Below, piece by piece: positions 11,701-21,506 of a stretch of DNA of 64,000 bases. The DNA is from a virus (Duplodnaviria > Caudoviricetes): the IMG/VR virus record IMGVR_UViG_3300012956_000016, positions 19,935-83,934 of that record. The stretch is one strand, 5' to 3'. Each line of letters opens with the position of its first letter. The stretch's first letter is position 1. The notes under the pieces are model-generated. The model saw only the letters and a list, made by a program, of their open reading frames with translations, was not told the origin of the DNA and did no database searches. Made by a program: the position numbers and the translations under genes.

Positions 11701-14700
11701 AAAGCTTATGAACATAATGTTCGTACTCTTACAGATGTAAGAAAGAAAGAGCTTTTACATGAAGCTGGTTGGAAGATGGAAAACGGTAAGCCAACGGGTA
11801 GTATTGAGAAGTTATTAGAGTTTGTATCAAAAGAATTAGCTAGACAAGATCTTGCGGATCATGAGTTAGACTTTATACAAGTTGGTTCTGATGGTAAGAT
11901 TAAGCATGACTTATCTATGTCGTTAAGTGCTGATAAAATCGAAAGATTATTAAATGCATTAGTGACTCGTAGATTAGTAAGACAAAAAGTTAATGGTGAA
12001 GGTCTTATCCAAGTATCTGGTGCCGGCTTTGAAAACATGACTGCTTACACTAATCCTGAAGCAAAAGATTTAGCTAAATGGGGTACGAATGACTTGCCAA
12101 CTTATCACCAAGGTGTAGATGGAAAGACTACTGCTATGAAAGTTAAGATAGCTATACAAGGACAGTTCGAGAAGTTACTTAATCTTGATGATGTAAAAAA
12201 CTATGCGTACGATAATAGTGTGGATAGACTTACAGCTCTTAACCATCTTATCAAAGATAATGATTGGTTGAACAGAGATAACAATCGTAGAGCAGTTACT
12301 ATGGTTGGTGTTCGTATTCCGGTACAAGGTCTTAACTCTATGGAGTTCATGGAAGTGTATGAGTTCTTACCTAAAGCTGCAGGTAACATTATTGTTCCAC
12401 CAGCTGAGATCGTTGCTAAGTCTGGATCCGATTTCGATATTGATAAGTTGACAGTTATGATGCCAACTTTCAAGATGATGGATAAGAAATTAGAAGTAGC
12501 AAGACAGTACTCTCCAAGTGAAATAAAAGATCTTTATGAGAAAGCTAAGAAAGCTAAAGTTGAAAAAGCTTTATTAAAAGACTTTGATGGTAACTTAATA
12601 CATACAGATTCAAGACGTAAAGTTCGTGATGAAAGTGGTGAGTGGGTTGAAAGAACCTTCGATCCTTATTTATACAACGATATGTTAAGAAAGATCTTTG
12701 GTGTAGATATGGAGAACCTTGATGAGGAACTTGTAAGTGAGATCTTATCTGAAGAAAAGATGCCAACTTTCGAAGAGTTCTCTGATAAGATAAATGGTTC
12801 AAAAGCTGTAGAGAATGATTTAATCTGGAACATCCGTCAAATCTTAGAGTTGCCTGAAAACTTCTCTAACTTAATCAGACCTAATGGTACAGATATTGTT
12901 GAACCTTTAGCTCGTGAGTTACAAGATCAAGTTATGGAATACAACCCTAAGAAACGTGTATTTGCTAACGAAGAAAAATCAAAACAAGTATCAGGAACAA
13001 GAGTTCTTGAGCTTAACTATAACTTATACAAACACAGTTCTAATAACATCGGTAAACAAACTTTAGGTTTGGGTGCTGTTGATAATACATACAACGTAGT
13101 GTTTAACCGTATTGGAGCAAGGATGAATCCAAGCTTTATGTCTGGTCGTGGTAAAAGTAAGTATGAAAAACGTTTAACACTTCTTCTACCACATAATACA
13201 ATCGATGTAGAAGATAAGAAAGCTATATCACTTTCTCATATATTAGATGCTGAGAATAATAATAAGATCTCCGATGTTATCTCTCAGCTTATGAATGGTT
13301 GGGTGGATATCGCAAAGGATGCCTGGATCTTTAATATCCAAGGTAATAAAGAGATTGCACCTAGTTTGTTGTTTATGATACAAGCTGGTGTTCCTTTCAA
13401 GACAGCTGTATACTTAGTATCTCAGCCTCTTGTACGTGAATACATCCGACAACAAAAACTGGCCAAAAGTACATTCGCTGATCCTTTAGGTAAAGCAGCA
13501 GCTAATCCTGCATTCTTTAGAAGTAAAGCCCGTGAAGTTATTTTGGAAAGTCCTCGTTATGGATTTGACTTAGTTGCTTCTCAAATGAAACAAGGTACTT
13601 TTGAAAGAGCTTTATATGATAGAACTCTTGAACTTACTGCTGCTAACAAATCAGCATTTAATCAAGACAGTTTAAAAGCTGTTATCAAAAGCTACTCAGA
13701 GACTACTAAGAAAGGTGAGTTACATCAAACTACTGATGCTGAAAGAGCTACCTTCTTACACTTCCTTGAGATTGAGAATATGACCAAGGCTGTACGTGAT
13801 ATCAAGATGAAAATGAACTTTGATACTTCTAAGTCAGCTACTTTGTTTGATGCACAAAACAGACAGTTAATGGTAGAAGATCTTAAGAACGATGGAAGGA
13901 TTCCTGATAACATTGTAAATGATATCTTGGAGAACTCTCCTATAGGTAGTTTTTATATTCAACCGTTCCAGTTAGAGATCTGGAAAGACTTGTTTAAACT
14001 AAGAAACCATCCGGTATTGAACCAATACTTAATGGACAAGTTCAAAGCAGGTAACCAAGATGATGTAACTAACACATACGGTGACTCTGAAAAGTTTGCT
14101 AATGAGTTCAGAAATGATTTCATGAGTTTCATCTTCCAAAATAAAGTAAGAGAGTTTGACTTAGATGCTCCTTCTTACAAAGGATTAACTTTAAATACAG
14201 AGATACCAGTTAAAACTGTGGCTAGCTTAGTGTTTGGTGCCATTGTAAAACAAGACACAGTAAGTCCTATCTTATATGTAGATAAAGAACAACTTAAAAA
14301 AGACTTTGTTAACAAAAACTTTTCAACTGAGTCTTACATAAAAAGAGGTCTTGCAACTGTTGCTCCTAATGCATTCCCTTATTCAAGAGATTACTACAAG
14401 TTTGTGTTCGAACGTGAATACTTACGTGCTTTATATCCTATTGATAAGTTGGTTCAGTCTGAAGACTTCCAAGATAAATACGAGCATAACTTAAGTAATA
14501 GAAAGAATCTTAAAGAAGGTGAGAGTGATCAAACTTTTGCTAAGAGAATGAAAGGTGTTACTTACGAAGAGATGCTTAGAGATATGGCCCTGGATAATAC
14601 TTTCAATGGTTGGAAGATCTTCAAAAGTAATAACACTTACGCGGATCAGTTCTTACGTATACGTGAGAAGTATCCTGAGTTAGCTAATGATTTCTCTATT

Positions 14701-15795
14701 ATCAAAAGCTTGTCTTTATCTACTAGTAAGACAGGTTACAAAAACTTAAAGCTTAACGATACTATATTAGATGCTGAAAAGATTGAAGTGTTAAACGAAA
14801 ACTTAACAGCTTTAGCTAACCCTAATAATAAGAAAGTTGAGGACCCTCTTGAAAATGAAAGAATAAGTCAGTTCTTTGGTAGATTTACTACCTATGCTTT
14901 CTTACAGTCAGGTTTAAACACTAAGAGTTCTTTCTCTTTAGTGAGACTTGTTCCACAAGATGGCTTCATACGTATGATGGAAGAACCTGTTAAAGACTAT
15001 ATCCAAAATCTTAACCCGGTTACCATGCAGAAGTATTACGAAAGATTCGTTAATCAAAATAACGTTATGAATCGTATGAACCGTGTTAGGTATAAAGATT
15101 ATGCTATGGATAAAGTAGACTTATCAAAAGACCAAAAAGGAACAGTTGTTAGCGATGCTAAGTTAGAAGAGGCTAGTACTTTAAATCCTGAAGCTTATTT
15201 ATTTAGTAAAGATTATGCCGGAAACAACTTATATGATGCTGAGGATCTTAACATGGTTACTGCGAAAAAACTTGTAGCAGATAACCCTAATACAGTATTC
15301 GTATATAACGGAGCAACTGAATCAAGTTTAAACCCAACTAAATACGACTTCAGTATACACAGTGCTGCAGAAACTATGGGTAACACATTTGGTATTCCTA
15401 CTAGAAAAAACTACGGTAACATCAATAACTCTTTCAGTGACATATTAACTGAAGCTGGTGTACATATGATCGACCCTAAAAACAAGGAGTTGATTGATAA
15501 TAACATAGCTGCTTTAATAGAACTTAGAAACCAGGGAGCTGAGATAGCTTTCAGTGTTGCTGGTTATGGTCAGTATATGATTGGGGCCAATGATTCTAAT
15601 GGATTAAATCCTGACCTTGTTAAGGCAAAAGCTCCTAAAACTTTCTTATATTTGTCTGAGCAGTTATTCAGAAACTTTGGTTATAAAAACCGTAATTATG
15701 CTGATACTGGTACCGGCCGTAAAGTCATTCAGTCTACACAAGAAGTGAGTGATGATATGGTAAGAGATATGTTAAACCATTGTTTTAATTTTTAA
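5707..15795 (+). CDS. Virion-packaged single-chain RNA polymerase (crAss-like), 3362 aa, with zincin HExxH domain
   Basis: SGSDFDIDKL (DFDID at 12430-12444) preceded by RIPVQGLNSM, as in crAss-like vRNAPs such as phi14:2 gp66; HEAWH at 7918-7932. Confidence 0.92.
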   Translation: MNCALNIEQQRALFRKVYGDLNDLKSSGQPFLVKDYIQSVYNLIYTKTGDHAMALDYSRLVPHYIMRSMIKDEDLMDHLLSNGFDLGAINSLKRKFTQQIENVEQYIGNNNEALKDLKNLQEQVIQNGAKLEPNPLRATGVKPTASQEFRAIPPTALADRGQEALSMKEGDPNFNVPNPDVAFYYKVKRKLIEMISEPGADFDSRNVNFPGFGKIFLTIMPSSKIPEDQLYPGTPVNSDAHKKGLSMVITDDYGIPMKFNNDLELDFGRGKMAYYHIRKTEGLVDGENINLAAEDYNAADALVRQSGITKDEAIAVIKQQIKFINDLREYINKDTENNTIRAHINGGSMGYAFNDYVKIKNPLASVNFTGDSFDPFQAREDNVQRGLVKGFTYFYTKGMLDTPVEVKLSELNTEMKDKLVTLFSDNLFEKDPSGNVFSLSPADRQAFIDNYIKTGPDTIQLIPNNDNKTYAVMIKGEKIDMSDPVLARQTISDYFNSVAPTKSVAANRIPSGATIVRDTDPDYLSKIKQGDYVEMLVDGKTKFRLVEGKKLHINNKSLNKNFDDVTFDKTSEGATYIVRNVTPYNEFIKNNFHIDYQLNAENKLLKLNAYITFAPLDSEIEKIYPTNTEIEKAETTAPVNNTTSTGPADVTAIDDLLGDVFNNPEFNKLLDQKDKSLEATKQQVQEAKEWYSNHLLSKHFPFHTLFNVINTRTPDAVASWTMHGVTLYKGADYSDLYHEAWHGFSQAFLPKEERSNLYNESKKLKGSFTDYKGNSVKFSEANDLQIEEFLAEDFRTYMLNGKSRTGSPVRNSIFRRILNFLRELFGNSSVIDINNNDQAVRTIHELYEKLRVGNLNEMSFNAENRNFDILYKGMVAINPEEQQKSLNYENSKLMVDTIDSLLSEFIDRANLGLLDKEKLRAAELTNKAKINIITPTEREELKGLQSRQSYKYTSSLLKSSEGLRRAYKYAQTRLATIKNNMDEAVKTADEVGKQRLENNIGLLDYVLRNFGNVDELTDNKEGQGMISYHQLKSKYISDEEREAFLDNNEQNQNEEDKYSKGKEGYDRGGNESSLEDQASTEVLYMIRSLHKTNLNGEVVLNKLGVPELAGFEQVWTRLARILQNTLNIDDMYQKLVVESSTFPPAKQLLNKLGPVRTESSSEFAMWTNFWQAFNKTRIPLIQMTLEKTTLDDNGSKTSPSYSVRIGEASADYKKVGQRWENYFKTSYDNPYIKTDSFGSNFLDVKKVLDDFPQNTLDGREFEFFNAIGMRLSDKDEIHDGIRKQSIGKARSIRSALYSINQRGNITVDSVGSIVKEYPALTIGEITYPKIPGEKRNYNKLQELEARYSDDFSNFMVTNAEGNSQFEHSLNNSLTVITNTVNRVNSYDELIQIPYMSYLDINRNPFAKASIWLNSIFDMSKPGRPKRRQSDDPKSEFVNINLQNLSGVAMLENGNSTDEGVASAKADEFTKMILDFHLAVVNGTPELMRHADKGTSFSLWLSNVNTKSETKRLYIDTSSFVTVNDRTPGYVEAFQLISPYIGAELERIKEMKRLSVEGVNNFDFNYLERGKDFVIFDDVLSRKTKKRLLNLPYPLTEYMRGGSLEDASLISDMFNDFTNYFETQVSDVDTQLSKAKFVADSLISQVKAEATKKNIKGVNEISAYKAAISSFVFNSWIHNIESIAFIYGDLAQYNMAKEEFHKRNAGMASTGDIFRTDRSAIDYANKVLGQKYADSLNIPITPFDGTFSSAVMGDNEIGSKYYEQYLKAIGDPKAAEAYAEGKMTEGDAQGWITFDSYRHMLNLEGKWSKKQEALYQKIVSGAEVSNEDTKEFFPTKKVQYFGPLDTNGLPITAFHKFSLFPLIPTVIKGTNLENLHKKMMMEGVNYGLFKSGSKVGTITKAGKTDKFYSDQNTRTLSEEPFTKNRIFLEFLKDQLEIAPKFKNKVIFSTQLRKLIEDGLMEGGVPTDYKQERSISDRRAEWARLNEAERLKTSPRYKLMKAYEHNVRTLTDVRKKELLHEAGWKMENGKPTGSIEKLLEFVSKELARQDLADHELDFIQVGSDGKIKHDLSMSLSADKIERLLNALVTRRLVRQKVNGEGLIQVSGAGFENMTAYTNPEAKDLAKWGTNDLPTYHQGVDGKTTAMKVKIAIQGQFEKLLNLDDVKNYAYDNSVDRLTALNHLIKDNDWLNRDNNRRAVTMVGVRIPVQGLNSMEFMEVYEFLPKAAGNIIVPPAEIVAKSGSDFDIDKLTVMMPTFKMMDKKLEVARQYSPSEIKDLYEKAKKAKVEKALLKDFDGNLIHTDSRRKVRDESGEWVERTFDPYLYNDMLRKIFGVDMENLDEELVSEILSEEKMPTFEEFSDKINGSKAVENDLIWNIRQILELPENFSNLIRPNGTDIVEPLARELQDQVMEYNPKKRVFANEEKSKQVSGTRVLELNYNLYKHSSNNIGKQTLGLGAVDNTYNVVFNRIGARMNPSFMSGRGKSKYEKRLTLLLPHNTIDVEDKKAISLSHILDAENNNKISDVISQLMNGWVDIAKDAWIFNIQGNKEIAPSLLFMIQAGVPFKTAVYLVSQPLVREYIRQQKLAKSTFADPLGKAAANPAFFRSKAREVILESPRYGFDLVASQMKQGTFERALYDRTLELTAANKSAFNQDSLKAVIKSYSETTKKGELHQTTDAERATFLHFLEIENMTKAVRDIKMKMNFDTSKSATLFDAQNRQLMVEDLKNDGRIPDNIVNDILENSPIGSFYIQPFQLEIWKDLFKLRNHPVLNQYLMDKFKAGNQDDVTNTYGDSEKFANEFRNDFMSFIFQNKVREFDLDAPSYKGLTLNTEIPVKTVASLVFGAIVKQDTVSPILYVDKEQLKKDFVNKNFSTESYIKRGLATVAPNAFPYSRDYYKFVFEREYLRALYPIDKLVQSEDFQDKYEHNLSNRKNLKEGESDQTFAKRMKGVTYEEMLRDMALDNTFNGWKIFKSNNTYADQFLRIREKYPELANDFSIIKSLSLSTSKTGYKNLKLNDTILDAEKIEVLNENLTALANPNNKKVEDPLENERISQFFGRFTTYAFLQSGLNTKSSFSLVRLVPQDGFIRMMEEPVKDYIQNLNPVTMQKYYERFVNQNNVMNRMNRVRYKDYAMDKVDLSKDQKGTVVSDAKLEEASTLNPEAYLFSKDYAGNNLYDAEDLNMVTAKKLVADNPNTVFVYNGATESSLNPTKYDFSIHSAAETMGNTFGIPTRKNYGNINNSFSDILTEAGVHMIDPKNKELIDNNIAALIELRNQGAEIAFSVAGYGQYMIGANDSNGLNPDLVKAKAPKTFLYLSEQLFRNFGYKNRNYADTGTGRKVIQSTQEVSDDMVRDMLNHCFNF

Positions 15796-15797
15796 AG

Positions 15798-18700
15798 ATG
15801 AACATTTGTCCAAATACTAATACACCTGAGTGGAAAGCTTTAGAACACGCTGTAGGAAGATATGAAGCCATGAGAGACTTCATGGAACATAATGGTGAGA
15901 TAAGAACACCAGAAGAAGTGATTCAAAAGATTGAAGCTCGTAATGATGAATATGCTGATATCGTAGCCCAAAGAGAAGCTGAGGAAGACAAGATTAAAAA
16001 CCTTGATCCTTTACAAGCTTTTAAACAAGCTTTGAAAATAGTAAAGAAAGAACTTAGCACAAGAGAGCGAGCTTCCATTAACAGTAGAGTAAGATCTATT
16101 AACCAAAAACTTGGGACTTCTTTCTACATCAAGTTTAAACCTGTAGGTCAAGCTGACTTATGGACCTGGGAAATAATGGATATGGCTGCGGGTGGTAGAA
16201 CAGCTCAGCTTACTGCATTCTTTAGAGATGAATCTTTAAATGATATAGCAGAACAAATTATGGGTTCAGAAGATATGACAGTAGTATCTACTGATCAAGC
16301 TCGTTCTGTTGAGATTGCAACTAAGTTATGTGAAGAATTAAAAGCTCAGTTTGGTATAGACTACAATGTAGTTACTGCTGAACAAGCTACTGAGATAACC
16401 AAAGATGCTATTAATCCATGGAATGGTGAGAGTGCTTTCTTTATAGGAGATACTGTTTACTTTGTTGGTAGTAACTTAACTACTGGTAAAGTATTACATG
16501 AATACGGACATCCTTTGTTACGTAGTATCTCAAGATCAAACCCAGTATTATTTGGTAACTTATTTCAAAAGTTAGCTGGTCAATCAGAAGGACAGTTTAT
16601 TATCAATCAAGTAAAGCAGCTTTATCCAGAGATCAGTGAAGATGATAACTTCTTCAAAGAAGAATGTCTTGTAAGATCGTTTGCTAAAGATGCTGAGAAT
16701 AAACTAACAGGTCAAACTAGCTCGGAAGGATTTGCTAAGTTTTTAAAAGACTTCTTATATGCAATTAAACAGATGCTGCGAAAAGTATTTGGTCAAGGTA
16801 TAGATGTTTCTAATTTAGACTCTTCTACAACCATTGATGAGCTAGCTGATATGTTAATCAAAGGTAAGAAGTTTGTTATCACAACAGAACAAGTATCTGA
16901 TACAGATATTGCTGCTTACGTACGTGATCAACAAAGTTACATCGATGACTTAATGAAAGTAGATCCTAGTGAACTACAGGCCCTCACTAACCGTGGTTTT
17001 GATATTGCTTCAAAACATATAGATGTTGTTCTTAAAAATAAGAACTATTCTGAAATGGTAAACATCTTAGCTGATGAGTTCAACCGCGGTGACTTACAAG
17101 AGATCCGTAAAAACTTATCTGCTTATAAAACAGAACTACACGATAAGACTGAGAAGCTTGGTAAAGATATAGATTATACTAAGAACCAAGTATCTTCATT
17201 AGTTAATACATTATTCCGTCTTGATACCATGGCTGAAAAGATAAGACTTCATATGGAGGATATATCTAAACAGCCTGATAACATTGACAACTTACATAAA
17301 GCTTATTACTATGATTACTTGCTTAAGTATTGGACACAGTTCATACATGAAGCAAAACAAAACATAGATAAACACGATATACATTCTGACTCAGGTGTTG
17401 CAAGATTAGTATCAAGTATTGATAGATCTTTTACGAGATCTAAAAAACTTACTACAGACATGTACCGCGAAGGTGTTAAAGATATTTTATACCAAGAGCT
17501 TAAACCAATGTCAGAAACTATCGATAGTAAATACAACAACATTATCAAAGGTCTTAAAGAAAAGAATGCTCCTCAAAGCATCATATCTAAATGGACCAAA
17601 GAATACGAAGCTTTAAAACTATCTCCTGAAAAGATCGAGAAGTTATTACGAGGTGAACTTGGTGATGCCGGTGCCTTCAACAGTTTCTTCGAAGGTTATC
17701 TCTACAGCAATGATCCTGTTATCGGAGGATTTGCTTTATATGTTAAGAACCAAATGAATGATGTATTAGTTAAAGCTCAAGCTAACTATAATAACTTTGC
17801 TAATAAGATGGCTCCTCTATTAAAAGAGGTAGGATATAATCCTACAAACATTGGAGAGCTTGGTAAGAAAGTAGGATTTATTGATACTATTGGACGTAGA
17901 GATGAAGAAGGTAACTTAGTAGAGAAAAAAGTATGGACTCTATTAAACCCATTCAAGAGCTACCGTTTCAAACAAGATGAAACAAGACATAACATCGAAC
18001 TTGCACAAAGAAAGTTTTCTGATACAAACTCAGAAGAAGATCGTCAAGCAGTTATGAACTTGATAGCTGAGAATAAGAAACATTTACGTGATTTCTTTAA
18101 CCAGGAATATGTACCAGAGTTTTATGAAAGACAAGCCCTATTAGAAGTAGATGAAATAGGAAAAGAAGCTAGTTATGAAAGAGACAGGATATTTGAACAG
18201 ATGCGTTTATTATCTGAGCCGGCAACATCTGAAATGGATGTATTTGGTATCTCAGAACAGATCGATGAATTATGGAGAGAGTATAGACAACTACATTCCT
18301 TACTTGATCTTAATGGTGATAAAAAAACTGGTAAAGAAGCTGATATAGCTCAACGTCTTCGTCAGTATCGCGAAGAGTCTCGCAAGTTCTATGAGTTCAA
18401 AGAACGTACAGGTGTTTTTCAAAATGCATTGTTATCTTTCGAACAAGAACTTGTAGATAAAGGATACAGCAAAGACAGTCAAGAGTTTGATGTATTAAGA
18501 AGTGAGTGGTTGAAGAAGAACACAAGGATAGTAATCAAAGAAGAGTTTTACGAAAGACGTAATGACATCTTTGATCGTATCCAACAAATTACTTCGAAAT
18601 TACCAGACACTGAGAAAAAGAAAGTAGACTTTACAGAAGCATGGCAAGATATCTTGGATGCTGTCTCTGGTTTCAGAGATGATGATGGTCAGCCTATTGG

Positions 18701-21506
18701 TAGTGATATGAGTGAAGGTCGTATTGAAGTAGTTAAGAAAAGACAAGAAGAAATAAATAAAGCTCAAGAAAACTTTGCTGGTATATCAGGTCTTACTCCT
18801 GCAGAAAGTATGGTGATCTCAGATCTTTTTGATATTATCAAATCAGGTAATAAACTATCAAAAGAAGATAAAGAAACCTTTACTACTTTAATGAAGAAAA
18901 AAGATGAGTTAGGTCTTAACAAATTTGAAAAGACTGAGTTGTTTAGTTTGTTCGCTGAGCTTAAAGAGTTGCAACGTAAAGAAGCAACTGATTACTACTT
19001 AGATATTGCTAATAACTACTTAGCTAAACTTAACACTGATAAGCTTGAAGATCTTACCGGTTCAAGAGTATTGACTAAAGCTAGTTCTGACTTCTTACTT
19101 AAAGAAGATGTTATCAAAGATTTATCTCAACAAAGTCCTGAGTTCGAAGCTTGGTTTAATAAGAACCATATCCGCAAGAACTACTATAACAAAATAACTC
19201 AACGTAACGAAGACAAGTGGGAACGATTATACATTTGGAATGTTATCCGTCCTAATGACTCTAAGTTCTTAGAGAAAACTGATATCAAAGATAGTAATGG
19301 TCAACACGTAGAAGAATACACTGGTTTACCAACTATGAAATATTATGCTCGTTTGGTTAAGCCTGAATACAGAAACCAAAGAATCGTTGGGGTAACTGTA
19401 GATAACCGTGGACAATGGTTACCTAAGACTGTTGCTCAAGGGGCTCTTGATGAAAGATATCGTAATGAAGCATATCATGATCTTCAAACTAAAGACCCTA
19501 AGATGTTTAATATCTTGGTTAACTTAACTGAACAACATCTTAAGAGTCAAGAGGGACTTGGTAGTAGGAGTAAGTTGTATCTCGATATGCCAAGATTTAG
19601 AAAATCTAGTTTAGAGATGATACAAACTCAAAACATAGCAGCTGAGAAAATGGGTACATTAACTCTATATGCTAAAAGAGTTAAAGAGTTTTTCAAGAGT
19701 GCTAAGGATGACAGTGAATCTGGGTTTAACTACAAAGATGAGTTTAACTTAGTTCGTGCTGATATGTTTGATGATGAGATAAGCACCATTCCTATTGCAG
19801 GTCTATATGACATTGATCTTGATGAGGTATCAACTGATATCACAGAGAGTATGATGAGATATATGTTATCTGCAGAAAGACAAAAGAAACTAGTTGAGAT
19901 CAATCCTGTTGCACAAGCATTGAAAAATGTGGTAAATGATCCTAATAACAAGATCAAGCAAATGGATCGAGTTAATCAGTTCAACTTTATCAACAGAGGT
20001 ATTGTTACTTATCTTAATAAGAAAGGTAAATATGTTCGTCAAACTGCAGTTAATAACTTCATCGAAAGAGAGTTCGAAGGTCAAACCCAAACAGGTTTTG
20101 CTAAGGACACTCCTTGGATTAATAACACAGCTAGTTTATTATTCAAACGTGCTTCATTTGGTTTCTTCGCATTGAACATTCCTTCAGCTTTAAAGAATAC
20201 CATGAGTGCTAAGTTCCAGGGAATGATTGAAGCAGCTGCTGGTGAACATATGACAATGAAGTCTTATACCAAAGGTGAAGCTTGGGCCTTTCAAACTATG
20301 GGAACTATGAGTTTCGAAGTATATGAGAAAGCATCTAAGAGTCACAACTTACAGTTAGTGGATGTATTTGATCCGGTTCAAGGTAGATTTGAAGAGAAAT
20401 TTGGAGAGTCTATGTCAAGAAGTGTTGCTAAAGATACTGCTAACTTATCGTGGTTATATAACTTCCGTAAGTGGACAGAGTTACAAGCAAGTATGCAAAC
20501 CTTTGCTGGTATACTTTATCATAAAAAAGTAAAACAAAACGGTAAAGAAATTAGCTACATGGATGCTTGGGAAACTAAAGATGGTAAGATACAACTTAAA
20601 GAAGGTATAGATCCTACCTGGGGTATTACATATAATGCTGAAGGTGAGATACAAGTAGGTGCTGAATTTAAAAAAGCAAAGAATCAGATCCAGCAAATCA
20701 TGAATAACTTGAATGGTGCTTACTCTAAGTTTGATCAACCAGAAGCTCAACGTTATGTAGGTTTCAGGTTCTTATCTTTCTTACGTCGTTACTTTACAAC
20801 TATGGCCGTAAATCGCTGGGGATTCTCTGGTACTGCAGCTCATCCTATGGCAAGATTAAACCCAGGTATGGGAGATACTTCTGAAGGATGGTATGTTACT
20901 ACTCTTAAAACTATGACAAGAACTGTAGCTACAGGCGGTAAATATTTAGGGTATATGACTCCTCAAGAGAAAAGAGCTTTCATCAAAGTTGTAACTGAGG
21001 TAGGAAGTCTTATCTTAATCAATGCTTTAATGGCTCCATTGTTTGGATGGGATCCAGATGATGAAGACAAATATGCTAAGTTACGCGAGAAGTCAGGACC
21101 ATTACCTTTCCCATTTGTATCAGCAAATGAACCTGAGTTTAAGTTAAATGGTTTCATGGAGAACCATGCTCTTATGTTAATGATGAATATCCGTGCAGAA
21201 AACGAGCAGTTCATTCCTTTCCCTAATATGGGTATGGATGATTACTCTGGTATGTTGGATATGAAGTCTGTAGCTTTTGGTCCTACACTTGATACATATA
21301 AACAAGTATTCGAAGATGCTTTGAACATGGCTCAAGAGAAAGATGCTGCTTACTACAAACGTAGAGTTGGTCCATACGAATGGCAACAACAAGAGGCTGC
21401 TAAGATCTGGGCACATATGGCTAAGACAATCGGTTTAACAGGAGGATCAATAGATCCAGCAACAGCTGTTAAGAATTTCCAATCAGTACAAGCAAGAGCT
21501 AAATAA
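15798..21506 (+). CDS. Large virion cargo protein (1902 aa) with zincin-like HExxH domain
   Basis: VLHEYGHP (16497-16511) with downstream EECLV; follows the vRNAP with 2-nt spacing. Confidence 0.7.
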   Translation: MNICPNTNTPEWKALEHAVGRYEAMRDFMEHNGEIRTPEEVIQKIEARNDEYADIVAQREAEEDKIKNLDPLQAFKQALKIVKKELSTRERASINSRVRSINQKLGTSFYIKFKPVGQADLWTWEIMDMAAGGRTAQLTAFFRDESLNDIAEQIMGSEDMTVVSTDQARSVEIATKLCEELKAQFGIDYNVVTAEQATEITKDAINPWNGESAFFIGDTVYFVGSNLTTGKVLHEYGHPLLRSISRSNPVLFGNLFQKLAGQSEGQFIINQVKQLYPEISEDDNFFKEECLVRSFAKDAENKLTGQTSSEGFAKFLKDFLYAIKQMLRKVFGQGIDVSNLDSSTTIDELADMLIKGKKFVITTEQVSDTDIAAYVRDQQSYIDDLMKVDPSELQALTNRGFDIASKHIDVVLKNKNYSEMVNILADEFNRGDLQEIRKNLSAYKTELHDKTEKLGKDIDYTKNQVSSLVNTLFRLDTMAEKIRLHMEDISKQPDNIDNLHKAYYYDYLLKYWTQFIHEAKQNIDKHDIHSDSGVARLVSSIDRSFTRSKKLTTDMYREGVKDILYQELKPMSETIDSKYNNIIKGLKEKNAPQSIISKWTKEYEALKLSPEKIEKLLRGELGDAGAFNSFFEGYLYSNDPVIGGFALYVKNQMNDVLVKAQANYNNFANKMAPLLKEVGYNPTNIGELGKKVGFIDTIGRRDEEGNLVEKKVWTLLNPFKSYRFKQDETRHNIELAQRKFSDTNSEEDRQAVMNLIAENKKHLRDFFNQEYVPEFYERQALLEVDEIGKEASYERDRIFEQMRLLSEPATSEMDVFGISEQIDELWREYRQLHSLLDLNGDKKTGKEADIAQRLRQYREESRKFYEFKERTGVFQNALLSFEQELVDKGYSKDSQEFDVLRSEWLKKNTRIVIKEEFYERRNDIFDRIQQITSKLPDTEKKKVDFTEAWQDILDAVSGFRDDDGQPIGSDMSEGRIEVVKKRQEEINKAQENFAGISGLTPAESMVISDLFDIIKSGNKLSKEDKETFTTLMKKKDELGLNKFEKTELFSLFAELKELQRKEATDYYLDIANNYLAKLNTDKLEDLTGSRVLTKASSDFLLKEDVIKDLSQQSPEFEAWFNKNHIRKNYYNKITQRNEDKWERLYIWNVIRPNDSKFLEKTDIKDSNGQHVEEYTGLPTMKYYARLVKPEYRNQRIVGVTVDNRGQWLPKTVAQGALDERYRNEAYHDLQTKDPKMFNILVNLTEQHLKSQEGLGSRSKLYLDMPRFRKSSLEMIQTQNIAAEKMGTLTLYAKRVKEFFKSAKDDSESGFNYKDEFNLVRADMFDDEISTIPIAGLYDIDLDEVSTDITESMMRYMLSAERQKKLVEINPVAQALKNVVNDPNNKIKQMDRVNQFNFINRGIVTYLNKKGKYVRQTAVNNFIEREFEGQTQTGFAKDTPWINNTASLLFKRASFGFFALNIPSALKNTMSAKFQGMIEAAAGEHMTMKSYTKGEAWAFQTMGTMSFEVYEKASKSHNLQLVDVFDPVQGRFEEKFGESMSRSVAKDTANLSWLYNFRKWTELQASMQTFAGILYHKKVKQNGKEISYMDAWETKDGKIQLKEGIDPTWGITYNAEGEIQVGAEFKKAKNQIQQIMNNLNGAYSKFDQPEAQRYVGFRFLSFLRRYFTTMAVNRWGFSGTAAHPMARLNPGMGDTSEGWYVTTLKTMTRTVATGGKYLGYMTPQEKRAFIKVVTEVGSLILINALMAPLFGWDPDDEDKYAKLREKSGPLPFPFVSANEPEFKLNGFMENHALMLMMNIRAENEQFIPFPNMGMDDYSGMLDMKSVAFGPTLDTYKQVFEDALNMAQEKDAAYYKRRVGPYEWQQQEAAKIWAHMAKTIGLTGGSIDPATAVKNFQSVQARAK

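Noticed and set aside
1378-21416. Antisense and out-of-frame short ORFs inside the giant cargo genes (e.g. 1378-1917, 5937-6230, 12201-12473, 17315-17548)
   Set aside because: Fully nested in long ORFs with motif support; they read as shadow translations with no starts or motifs
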